A DNA stretch of 25,031 nt. Source: a bacterium. Lineage in GTDB: Bacteria > Bdellovibrionota_C > UBA2361 > CALJRW01. Position 1 is the stretch's first letter. Each line of letters opens with the position of its first letter. The notes under the pieces are model-generated. The model worked only from the letters and a program-made list of their open reading frames with translations. It did no database searches and was not told the DNA's origin. The DNA is taken from contig JANNBC010000043.1 of the NCBI GenBank assembly GCA_031385045.1, forward strand, positions 1-25,031, in the 5' to 3' direction. The translations under genes were made by a program, and so were the position numbers. This document shows positions 17,026 through 25,031 of the stretch, piece by piece.

Positions 17026-17934
17026 TTAGTTAATAGTGATATTAATATTTGGAGGGCAAACTGGGTTACCACTTGTGTCACCAGCTTTTAGGTTGTCACT
17101 TCCAGTACTAAGTTGTCCAGCTCCACAAGAGTAGCTTGTTCCATTTTCATACAATCTGTTTCCAGAAAGTCTAATTTTAGAGTTAAGCTGGGCTTCTACG
17201 GCAATGCCATTTCCAGTAAGCATTGAGTTCTCTAGAGAGATAACAGAACCACCCTGAGCAACTACGCCAAATCCAGTGTTATTAGAGATCACACTATCAT
17301 TCACCTGAAAATTAGAGTTCACTAATCCCTGAATTGCATTTGTTGTACTATGGATGTTCACTCGATTAGCAGAAACATTAACTTTACCAGCGGAAGTCGT
17401 TGCCTTAATCCCTGTAAGAGCATTAGCGATGCTAACATTCGTTAACGAAACGCTACTACTAGCAGTTGTAGCAATATCAATTCCCGTTCCAGCTCCACCT
17501 AAGAAACCAACAATCGAAACATTCTCAACAATTAAATTACCACCACCGATATGTCTGATGCCATTAATTCCTGTACCTGCACCATTAATAGAAATATTTC
17601 TAAGGATTACGGTCTTATCAGATGTAGTATTAACGATAACTCCATTGGTACCAGAAGCTAAAATGCCAGCAACAGTTCCGTTACCATCGATAGTAATTGA
17701 TTTTGTGATTGTTACAGCACCAAATCCACCTGGATCAAGGACTGAAATTTCTCCTGTAGCAGCAGTCTTAGAAATTGCTCCAGCGAATGTTTTACAAGGA
17801 GCAGTTCTACTACAAGGATTAGCATCATCACCAACTCCTGAAACCCATGTTCTCGTTGCTTGAGCCTGAGCCATAGAGGAGATAAATATGCTTACAAATA
17901 AACAAAAAATAATTTTAGAAATATAGACTTTCAT
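17026..17934 (-). CDS. Secreted right-handed parallel beta-helix protein
   Basis: Signal peptide ending AQA; N-terminal block QATRTWVSGVGDDANPCSRTAPCKTFAGA; N/G/I/V-rich beta-helix repeats. ATG 17934 has a GAGGT RBS, so it is preferred over TTG 17946. Confidence 0.82.
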   Translation of the reverse strand: MKVYISKIIFCLFVSIFISSMAQAQATRTWVSGVGDDANPCSRTAPCKTFAGAISKTAATGEISVLDPGGFGAVTITKSITIDGNGTVAGILASGTNGVIVNTTSDKTVILRNISINGAGTGINGIRHIGGGNLIVENVSIVGFLGGAGTGIDIATTASSSVSLTNVSIANALTGIKATTSAGKVNVSANRVNIHSTTNAIQGLVNSNFQVNDSVISNNTGFGVVAQGGSVISLENSMLTGNGIAVEAQLNSKIRLSGNRLYENGTSYSCGAGQLSTGSDNLKAGDTSGNPVCPPNINITIN

Positions 17935-18028
17935 GATTGACCTCAAATCTTTTTAAAAACTCGTGAATAATTTTAAATATCGGGGGAGAAAAAATCTCAT
18001 CCAAATACTTATCAAAGTTAGACTGAGG

Positions 18029-18058
18029 ATACTATCAGGTTTTCATTTAGAGGGTCAA
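18029..18058 (-). promoter_or_regulatory. Sigma70-type promoter of the beta-helix gene
   Basis: Minus strand TTGACC-18 bp-TAGTAT with extended -10 TGn. Confidence 0.5.
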
Positions 18059-18107
18059 TGATTTTCTCCGGTAATTAGTTAGAGACTGTTTTACTAGGAA
18101 TTAAAAC

Positions 18108-21100
18108 TTAAGCATTGGGATTATCCATATTAAATGGCACTAAATCTTTTATTGTTCGACGATCATAAAAACGAAGATCCGTAGCTGATGTTAAAGCAGG
18201 TAAAACTAATTCCTCCCAAACAGCTTTAAAGTGCGAAGACAAATATTCATCATAAACCGCTAAAGCCCTACCCTCAGAGTCACGTAAAATTAAATCTTTG
18301 GAATCTAGCGTGAAGTAGTTAAATGGAGCTCGAGCAAGGTTTGTGGATGAAGCTAAATAAAGCACCGGATAAACATCCTTGTCTGCTCCAACTTTATCTA
18401 AAGTTTCATTCCAATATACGGCCTTATCTAACATATAATAAGGATTTTGATTTCCAACAACTTGACCTTTGTGAAAATTAGCTAACACGATATTAAACAA
18501 ATCCGAGTATCCTTGTCCGGCGTCTACAGCTTTAGCAATCTGCTGATGACGCTCTACTTCTCGTTGCTCAACAAGCCAAGATAATGAAGAGTTGTCCTTA
18601 TGCCCTCGACCCCAAAGGTCTATTCTTAATAAAGACCCATCTACCCAAGTATCATGATCATCAAAATCTTTTTCAAATACATTGCAAAAGCCACCTGAAA
18701 GATTTGAGCCACATCCAATTCGGAACACAGGAATTCCTCTTTCTTTGCCTAAGTGAATTAATTTTTCTAAAGTTAAGTGCGAGTTCGCACTATCCGCAAC
18801 TTTAGGATCGGGCCCTTTGTGAATAGCAAGTGGAATTAAAGTATCTGCTAATTCATTTTCTAAAAACTGAGCAGGAACTAAGAGAGCTAGCTCCCCGGCA
18901 TAGTTAAGGTAATGTTCATTTGAAAATAAATAAACGTAATCAACTCCATCGATACAGAGCCTTGGATCATTGGAATTCCCAAAGGCTTTAAATGCTCTTA
19001 GATTATAAATTTCTGTTGTTGGAAAATGTTGCAAACAATCTGCTAACCAAGGCCAAGTTTCTTTATAAGTACGGAGTGGTTGGTCTCCCTTTTCTAAATT
19101 AAATAAATTTTCGATCTTGGGATATGAAAATTTATACCCATGCCCGGGATAAGAATTAACATTTAAGGAATTAATTGCATCGGCTGATTGAAAAACGCAA
19201 CGACCAAATTCAGATAAAACAGATTTTGCTCCGCGAGCATCATAAGTTAATGCTCCAAACCCATGGTAATCTTGATACATTCTTTGAAATGCAGTGCTTA
19301 GTTGCTGTTGCATCAAAGCAGTTTCTTCAGGAGTAGCTTTTGGTAGACGATCCGCTAAAACAAAACTAGTAAAATGATTACTTTGAATTTCAGCAAAGCT
19401 GGCATTAATTGGAAGGTTTGAAAACTGTGAGCTCATCGATAATATGAGCAGTGGCCCAAATTGATAAGCAGTAAATTGTGGCGTAATATAGCTACTTAAA
19501 TCTTCGGAATTTAAAAACTTAGCAACAAAATCAGTTAGCTTTTTCTTTAAAAAACCAGATGCAAAACTTTTTATTAAATTTTGTTTTGACGCTAGATCCG
19601 GCAAGATTAATAATTGCTTTGTTAGATAGGTCCTAAGCGGATCATTTCCCATCATAATCAAAGTTTTAGCAATTACCGTCAGTTCATTAGTTTCCTGATG
19701 ATCACCTAAGGCTCGCAGCAAATTTTCTAGAAAATCAGTTTTGGTTACTTTATAATCTACTCTAAGTGGAGCAGTTTCTTCTAGTAAAATTTGTAGGCGA
19801 AAAAAGTTACTGAGGCTCTGGCTACTAAGCTTTAGATCATATATTTCCCAAGAGTCGAGCAAGGTGTCGTCACCTTTTCGAAAGGCAGTATTTAGTACCG
19901 CGTATAAAGTTTGTCGGAATGTTAATGTATCATCACAAATACTATCTTGATAATCCAAAACACCCTTGATCCAGCTGATCCACGGGGAATCGGTTTTAAA
20001 AAATTCTGGGTAAGCTTGCATTAAACCAACTATAGAATGTTCGCGAGAATCTGCTAAAAAATAGGCAGAATTAAATCTAACCAAACTTAGAATATTTCCA
20101 TCTAGAAACTGATTAATTCGGTGTAATTCTGTTCGTGCATTGGGCCCAAGAACTAAGATTGATTTTAAATAGTCACTTGTAAATATCTGAATCAATTGCA
20201 AGTTGTTTACTGCTCCAGGATTTTTATCTAACAATAGAAAATCAATAATCGCATCATCTTTTAATTCTTCCGGTAATTTCAAATCTAGTAAGCAGATAAC
20301 GCGTAATAATGTATTGGGAAGATCTTCTGCTAATGATATTTCTTGAGCATGCCTACTAAATTCTGGAGTATTCAGTTGCTCCACAAATTCTTTCAGACCA
20401 TTTTTAAGGCGAGTTAAATTATATCCGAACAACTCGGTTTCAAAAGGTCCAGGCCCAACTAAAAGTTTTCTAAAAAACTCTTCTGCCTCCAGCTCTTCAT
20501 TTTCAACAAGAAATACTTTGCTAACTTGATTTAAGTGACTAAAAAATTCTTTTGCTTCATTTCCTAAAAACAAGGCCTGAGCAAATAGCTGTGAGGCTAT
20601 ATAATCTTTAACACTAGGTAAATATTCTTGATCAATCTCATTCAAAAGCTCTAATGTTTGAGCATAGAAAGCTTGTCGTTGATTAAAATCATTACCAAAT
20701 TCATTTTCAACTTTGATTGCAAACTTCTTGGCCTGCTCTGTAAGTTTTGGTGAAGAAGTTGATTCAACATCACGCACAAAGTTTGTAATCGCTAGGAAAC
20801 TTAAGAATACTCCTGGGCCATCAACGGCGACTGGCAATGAAGAAAGCAAAGAGGAGCGAAATGGATATGAAGCTAAAATTATATTCCGATCATGAGGACT
20901 TAATTTTGTAAGTGATTCAGAGATATTTAACCAAGTTTCAGGTCTAAGCCGAACACCTGTATCTACACACTCAATAAGATTCTTCCATTCTGAATTACTT
21001 AAGCTTAAGGCAAATAGTAATTCTACTGACTTAATGAGTTCTACCGAGTTTATTGGACTAGATTCTGTAGTCCTCCTCAGAAACCTAGCAATTGTATCTC

Positions 21101-21134
21101 TGCTTAATTCAAATGAGTGTTCTGAAAAATGCAT
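18108..21134 (-). CDS. 1008-aa hypothetical protein (helical N-terminal region, alpha/beta-like C-terminal region)
   Basis: 3-kb uninterrupted ORF; no family motif, signal peptide or clear transmembrane segment recognised. Confidence 0.8.
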   Translation of the reverse strand: MHFSEHSFELSRDTIARFLRRTTESSPINSVELIKSVELLFALSLSNSEWKNLIECVDTGVRLRPETWLNISESLTKLSPHDRNIILASYPFRSSLLSSLPVAVDGPGVFLSFLAITNFVRDVESTSSPKLTEQAKKFAIKVENEFGNDFNQRQAFYAQTLELLNEIDQEYLPSVKDYIASQLFAQALFLGNEAKEFFSHLNQVSKVFLVENEELEAEEFFRKLLVGPGPFETELFGYNLTRLKNGLKEFVEQLNTPEFSRHAQEISLAEDLPNTLLRVICLLDLKLPEELKDDAIIDFLLLDKNPGAVNNLQLIQIFTSDYLKSILVLGPNARTELHRINQFLDGNILSLVRFNSAYFLADSREHSIVGLMQAYPEFFKTDSPWISWIKGVLDYQDSICDDTLTFRQTLYAVLNTAFRKGDDTLLDSWEIYDLKLSSQSLSNFFRLQILLEETAPLRVDYKVTKTDFLENLLRALGDHQETNELTVIAKTLIMMGNDPLRTYLTKQLLILPDLASKQNLIKSFASGFLKKKLTDFVAKFLNSEDLSSYITPQFTAYQFGPLLILSMSSQFSNLPINASFAEIQSNHFTSFVLADRLPKATPEETALMQQQLSTAFQRMYQDYHGFGALTYDARGAKSVLSEFGRCVFQSADAINSLNVNSYPGHGYKFSYPKIENLFNLEKGDQPLRTYKETWPWLADCLQHFPTTEIYNLRAFKAFGNSNDPRLCIDGVDYVYLFSNEHYLNYAGELALLVPAQFLENELADTLIPLAIHKGPDPKVADSANSHLTLEKLIHLGKERGIPVFRIGCGSNLSGGFCNVFEKDFDDHDTWVDGSLLRIDLWGRGHKDNSSLSWLVEQREVERHQQIAKAVDAGQGYSDLFNIVLANFHKGQVVGNQNPYYMLDKAVYWNETLDKVGADKDVYPVLYLASSTNLARAPFNYFTLDSKDLILRDSEGRALAVYDEYLSSHFKAVWEELVLPALTSATDLRFYDRRTIKDLVPFNMDNPNA

Positions 21135-21168
21135 AAAATTAAATTAGAGTTACAACAAATTTTCTCAA

Positions 21169-21420
21169 TCAATCCTCCTTACATGGACACCAGGGAATAA
21201 TAAATGGTTGAGCTGGAAGTGGCTCTGGTCTTCGTTCTGGATTTGGATGAACAACTGGAGTTGGAGTGGTATGAGGATTGGTCAGTGGCTCTGCTGGTGG
21301 AAGCACAGGTGGCTTCTCAGTTGGTGCTGGTTTAGGACTGGGCGGGGTCACCGGCGGAGCTTTCTCGGGAGCAACAGCTGGATCGGAGAGATTCCTTTGT
21401 GGTTGTTCCAAAGCAGGCAT
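21169..21420 (-). CDS. 83-aa proline-rich peptide with C-terminal IIPWCPCKED
   Basis: ATG start; about one third Pro; promoter 36 bp upstream; stop 34 bp before the co-oriented 1008-aa gene. Confidence 0.72.
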   Translation of the reverse strand: MPALEQPQRNLSDPAVAPEKAPPVTPPSPKPAPTEKPPVLPPAEPLTNPHTTPTPVVHPNPERRPEPLPAQPFIIPWCPCKED

Positions 21421-21456
21421 AGATTATTAGATAATAAATTTCGGTAAGCTTTTGGA

Positions 21457-21484
21457 ATTATAAGGCATCGATGTTCTTAGTCAA
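21457..21484 (-). promoter_or_regulatory. Near-consensus sigma70 promoter for the Pro-rich peptide unit
   Basis: Minus strand TTGACT (21484-21479)-16 bp-TATAAT (21462-21457). Confidence 0.7.
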
Positions 21485-21489
21485 GAAGT

Positions 21490-21514
21490 TCAGTTAAATC
21501 AAAGATTTAACTGA
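21490..21514. terminator. Perfect 11-bp inverted repeat: terminator of the aminotransferase or an operator
   Basis: TCAGTTAAATC-AAA-GATTTAACTGA, 6 bp after the aminotransferase stop and 5 bp upstream of the -35 box. Confidence 0.55.
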
Positions 21515-21520
21515 CTAACT

Positions 21521-22729
21521 TCAGGCAAAGTTGAATTGCTTTAGGCCTTCACTAATAATTTCGGCAGATTTAGTTAATAAGCCTTGCTCAATGACACCGG
21601 CAATACGAACCTGATTAAGCCCTAGATTTGGAGTGATATAAAACCCAGCAGCTGGAGCTAAAAAAACTGTTTCCCCATTTAAATCAAAATCTGTCAGCAT
21701 AAATTTGATAAAATCAGTAGCATTTGGAACAGGTAATTCCAAGATAGAATAAAATGCCCCGTGTGGATTAAAAGCCTTAACATTAGAAATCTGACTTAGT
21801 CCTTGATGTAAGGCATCACGACGTTTTTGATATTCATCACAGACCCCTTGGACGAAATCCTTGGAAATATTTTTTAGTAAATAGCTAGCAGCCATTTGAT
21901 CAATTGTGGGACTTGCTAATCGTGCTTGGGCTAAACTTAATGTTTTCGTTAAAAAATCCATGTTGGCACTAATTAAACAACCAATTCTAGCACCACATAA
22001 ATTAAACCGCTTGGAAAGACTATCAATCACAATTACGTGTTGATTGTTGGGAGCAATTTCTAAGACAGAGCGATTGGCACGTCCATCAAAAACAATATCA
22101 CGATAAGTTTCATCGACAATCAAAAACAAACTATGATCTTCACAAAGTTCTAATAACTCTTTAATTTGTTGTTCAGAATAAAGTGTTCCAGTAGGGTTAT
22201 TAGGATTACAAATTAGGATTGCTCTAGTGTTAGCAGTAAGTTTACTAGTTACTTGTTCAATTGCTGGCAAACTAAAACCCATTTCCAACTGAGTCGAGAC
22301 AGGAACTAAATGAACCCCAGAGATTGCGGCAAAACCCATGTAATTTGCATAGGTTGGTTCAAAGACAATGATTTCAGCTCCAGGATCACATGTCACCATG
22401 AATGAGAAAACAAGCCCTTCGCTCGCTCCAGTTGTGATTAACATTTGCTCTGGGGAAACTTCTAGCTGACTAGCTCTTTTTAAATAATCACACCAATTAG
22501 TTCTAAGTTCTAGGTTTCCTTCGGAAATTTCATAGGCAACAACCTTAGAGTGAAAACCAGCAAGCCCCTCAAAAAACTCTGTCGGAGTAGCTAAATCTGG
22601 CTGACCAATATTTAAACCAAAAACAGTTTTTGTTTTGCGGGCGATTCGAGCCAAAGGGCTCAAACTGCGAATCGGCGAAGCCGGAGTATTAATGGCACGA
22701 CTTGATAGTAAGGGATTAGATTTATTCAC
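21521..22729 (-). CDS. Class I/II PLP-dependent (aspartate-type) aminotransferase
   Basis: LNIGQPD, ITTGASEG, CNPNNPTG, VDETY and DSLSKRF..CGARIG motifs. In-frame GTG 22729 preferred over 22795, which would overlap the ABC gene. Confidence 0.9.
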   Translation of the reverse strand: MNKSNPLLSSRAINTPASPIRSLSPLARIARKTKTVFGLNIGQPDLATPTEFFEGLAGFHSKVVAYEISEGNLELRTNWCDYLKRASQLEVSPEQMLITTGASEGLVFSFMVTCDPGAEIIVFEPTYANYMGFAAISGVHLVPVSTQLEMGFSLPAIEQVTSKLTANTRAILICNPNNPTGTLYSEQQIKELLELCEDHSLFLIVDETYRDIVFDGRANRSVLEIAPNNQHVIVIDSLSKRFNLCGARIGCLISANMDFLTKTLSLAQARLASPTIDQMAASYLLKNISKDFVQGVCDEYQKRRDALHQGLSQISNVKAFNPHGAFYSILELPVPNATDFIKFMLTDFDLNGETVFLAPAAGFYITPNLGLNQVRIAGVIEQGLLTKSAEIISEGLKQFNFA

Positions 22730-22774
22730 AATACTATGAGATAACTTATTGTCGATCTTAGAACAAGACCTATT

Positions 22775-24499
22775 ATGACTTTGCGTCCTGCACAAAATTT
22801 TAAATTATTACTAAAACTAGTAGCTCAACATCCTAGAATATTATTTCTAGGTTTAGGATCTTTAGTCATTGTCAGCCTGATAAATCTTAGTATTCCTTCA
22901 CTGATCAAAGACTTTGTTAGCACAATTCCAGAAACAGAGAGCCTAGTGCCCGCGCTCAAATTTTCGGTAATCTTAATTACGCTCTTTATTTTGCAAGGAA
23001 TATTTGGATATTTTCGAATCGTCTACTTCAATCAATTAGGCATCAGTATTATTACTAAAATACGCAAGCAATTATTTGATGCAATTATTGCCAAGAAAAT
23101 TCAGTTCTTTGAAACAGCAAAAACAGGTGATTTAATTTCTAGATTAAACACCGACACTCAATTACTCCAAGAAGTTCTTTGCTCTAAACTTTCCGTTGCA
23201 ATTCGCTACGCTGTACAAGTCTTTGGCGGAATTGTTTTAATGTTCTTCATCTCCCTAAAACTTAGTTTATTAATTATTATCGCACTACCAGTTTTAGTTC
23301 TAAGTTCCATGTTTTTAGCTAAAAAACTTAAAGCATTTTCCTTGCAAATTCAAACTAATATGGGGCTAGCTTCTTCTTTAGCAGAAGAAAGTTTTACGGG
23401 AATTAAAGTTATTAAAGTTTTTCCTAATCAGTCTTTAATTAATAATTCCTTTCACCAACTGGTAAATACTATTAATGATCTTAGCCTAAAACGTTCTAAA
23501 ATCAGCGCCTTCTTTCAATCATTTATAAGTTTTTTATTATACTCTCTAATCATTCTTTTTCTGTTAGCTGGTATTTACTTAGCTAATCATCAGGATTTGG
23601 ATTATCCCAACTTAACTGCTTTTGTTTTATACTCAATTCTAGTCGCTGTTTCTTTTAGTTTTCTAGTGGCAACAATTGATGAGTTAACTAAGGGACTTGC
23701 GGCTACAAAGCGAATATTAGAAATATTAAATGAACCTGCTCTACCAGAAAAAAAACTAAGCATTCCAGAAATTGGAACAATTGACTCACTAGAAATAAAA
23801 GATCTAAATTTTCATTATGATAATCGTGGTCAATTAATTATTAAGCAACTAAATTTTAAGCTAAAGACCAATACTCTTTATTCCTTAACTGGGCCATCTG
23901 GAGTCGGAAAAAGCACCTTAATTAATCTGATTCTAGGATTTAATTTACCAACTAGCGGTGAAATTCTTTTACAGGATTCCAAGACTAAATCTCAAAATTT
24001 AATTGATTATATTTCTTACGTTCCACAAAACCCAACAATTTTTGATTTCAGCATTAAAGAGAATTTATTATTAGCCAACAACTCCGCTACAAATGCCGAT
24101 CTCTGGGAGGTATTAAATCATGTTCAGCTTGCCGAGTTTGTTAAATCTCTACCTCTGGGCTTAGAAACTATTTGTGGTTCACGCGGACTGGAGCTAAGTG
24201 GTGGACAGCAACAAAAACTAGCAATAGCGCGCGCACTTTTAAAAGACGTGCCAATTCTAATTTTAGACGAAGCGACTTCTGCCCTGGATAGTGATAGTGA
24301 ATCAACAATTCTAAACTATTTACAAACAATCAAAGCCAGCAAAATTATCTTATTAATTTCTCATCGTCTTTCAGCAATTAAGGCTTGCGATCAGATATTA
24401 TTACTTAATTACGATCAAAAAATTACTATTGGGACACACGAAGAAATGACACAGAAATCAGATTACTATCAATTTCTAATTAGCCATCAGGGAGTTTAA
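22775..24499 (+). CDS. ABC exporter half-transporter (TMD + NBD, MsbA/ABCB-like)
   Basis: About six TM helices, TGDLISRL; Walker A GPSGVGKST, signature LSGGQQQK, Walker B ILILDEATSALD, H-loop ISHRL. Confidence 0.93.
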   Translation: MTLRPAQNFKLLLKLVAQHPRILFLGLGSLVIVSLINLSIPSLIKDFVSTIPETESLVPALKFSVILITLFILQGIFGYFRIVYFNQLGISIITKIRKQLFDAIIAKKIQFFETAKTGDLISRLNTDTQLLQEVLCSKLSVAIRYAVQVFGGIVLMFFISLKLSLLIIIALPVLVLSSMFLAKKLKAFSLQIQTNMGLASSLAEESFTGIKVIKVFPNQSLINNSFHQLVNTINDLSLKRSKISAFFQSFISFLLYSLIILFLLAGIYLANHQDLDYPNLTAFVLYSILVAVSFSFLVATIDELTKGLAATKRILEILNEPALPEKKLSIPEIGTIDSLEIKDLNFHYDNRGQLIIKQLNFKLKTNTLYSLTGPSGVGKSTLINLILGFNLPTSGEILLQDSKTKSQNLIDYISYVPQNPTIFDFSIKENLLLANNSATNADLWEVLNHVQLAEFVKSLPLGLETICGSRGLELSGGQQQKLAIARALLKDVPILILDEATSALDSDSESTILNYLQTIKASKIILLISHRLSAIKACDQILLLNYDQKITIGTHEEMTQKSDYYQFLISHQGV

Positions 24500-24610
24500 A
24501 ACTAGCCTAGTCCGATTATTATCAACAATGATTGTTCAATCAGCTTAATTAGAAGTTGACTTAGACTCATATTTCCCTTCTAATTAGACTGACTTTTTAA
24601 GGAAGGGAAA

Positions 24611-24934
24611 ATGTTAGTCGCACTTTATAGCTCAGGTCCTAAGGCTGGTCAGCTGGCATCAACTGCTGATGCAATTAGAGGATTCCCCGGAAGACGGGAA
24701 GTAGTACTTGCCGAGCTTGGTATTCGGGCTAACAAAATGCCGAAATCTCTGCGCTCAGCATTATCTAAACAAACAAGCCCAACATATCCTGTGGAATACC
24801 GATCCCCTACTCTGGAAAGAAAAGCTTCAACCAATACTAATTTAGCAAATGAGCATTTGCCGATGGTTCCTGCTAGCAAGCGTGTCATTAACACAGAAAG
24901 TTTGGGTCTGCCCTGCGTGAATAGAGCCAGTTAA
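24611..24934 (+). pseudogene. Hypothetical ORF, probably truncated by IS insertion at about 24903
   Basis: ATG preceded by purine-rich AAGGAAGGGAAA; the last ~10 codons and the stop lie inside the IS end. Confidence 0.5.
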
Positions 24935-25031
24935 AATGATAGACTATTTTAACTGGAGGACCTATGAAAAAGCGATATACGGAAGAACAAATTGTAAAAA
25001 TCTTACAAGAAGTTGAGGCAGGAGGCAGTGT
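24903..25031 (+). mobile_element. Left end of an IS3-family insertion sequence (continues beyond the window)
   Basis: TG(G)GTCTGCCC...-type terminus, GGAGG RBS and OrfA start MKKRYTEEQIVKILQEVEAG. The exact first base is uncertain by 1-2 nt. Confidence 0.85.
24964..25031 (+). CDS. IS3-family transposase OrfA, N-terminal part
   Basis: Manual translation MKKRYTEEQIVKILQEVEAGGS, typical of IS3/IS407-group HTH_Tnp_1 starts. Confidence 0.88.
   Translation, partial: MKKRYTEEQIVKILQEVEAGGS

Noticed and set aside
17354..17863. 169-aa plus-strand ORF
   Set aside because: Antisense shadow of the beta-helix gene; no independent motif.
544..20895. Other short opposite-strand ORFs (544, 3032, 3332, 10139, 14710, 15011, 18584, 20713)
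   Set aside because: Each is fully nested antisense to a well-supported gene and has no recognisable motif.
21208..21447. Trp-rich 79-aa plus-strand ORF
   Set aside because: The Trp codons (TGG) are the antisense of Pro codons (CCA) in the Pro-rich peptide; the promoter supports the minus strand.
21521..24499. Aminotransferase and ABC exporter as members of a RiPP cluster with the Pro-rich peptide
   Set aside because: Both look like generic housekeeping types; the exporter has no C39 peptidase domain, and a hairpin plus a separate promoter divide them from the peptide gene. Only conserved synteny would revive the idea.
24649..24894. 81-aa minus-strand ORF
   Set aside because: Antisense to ORF 24611, which has the ATG and the RBS.
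1..25031. CRISPR array, tRNA, rRNA or integron attC array
   Set aside because: No regularly spaced repeats, cloverleaf or rRNA-like sequence was found by eye in any intergenic region.

Overview
AT-rich bacterial chromosomal window. Gene content suggests a Gram-negative, non-alphaproteobacterial host (deltaproteobacterial/Bdellovibrionota-like); this is inference only. Left to right: a TylF-type O-methyltransferase preceded by a decayed GT4 glycosyltransferase remnant; a ferredoxin-dacB-mltD cell-wall block (minus strand); a PsrA-like TetR regulator with a palindromic operator inside its own promoter; an 883-aa orphan helical protein with a hydrophobic hairpin; a 29-aa ribosomal protein bS22/mS38 homologue missed by the ORF track; a coupled plus-strand run of membrane/discoidin protein-leuA-tyrA-pheA-5-aminolevulinate synthase; a Thr-type sulfatase-like enzyme; a secreted beta-helix protein; an unexplained two-gene unit (83-aa Pro-rich peptide ending PWCPCKED plus a 1008-aa orphan) behind a near-consensus promoter; a class I aminotransferase divergent from an ABC exporter; and an ORF interrupted by the left end of an IS3-family element. 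No CRISPR array, tRNA or rRNA was seen. The best novelty candidates are the Pro-rich peptide/1008-aa pair, the 883-aa translocator- or pore-former-like protein, and the Shemin-pathway ALAS in this context.
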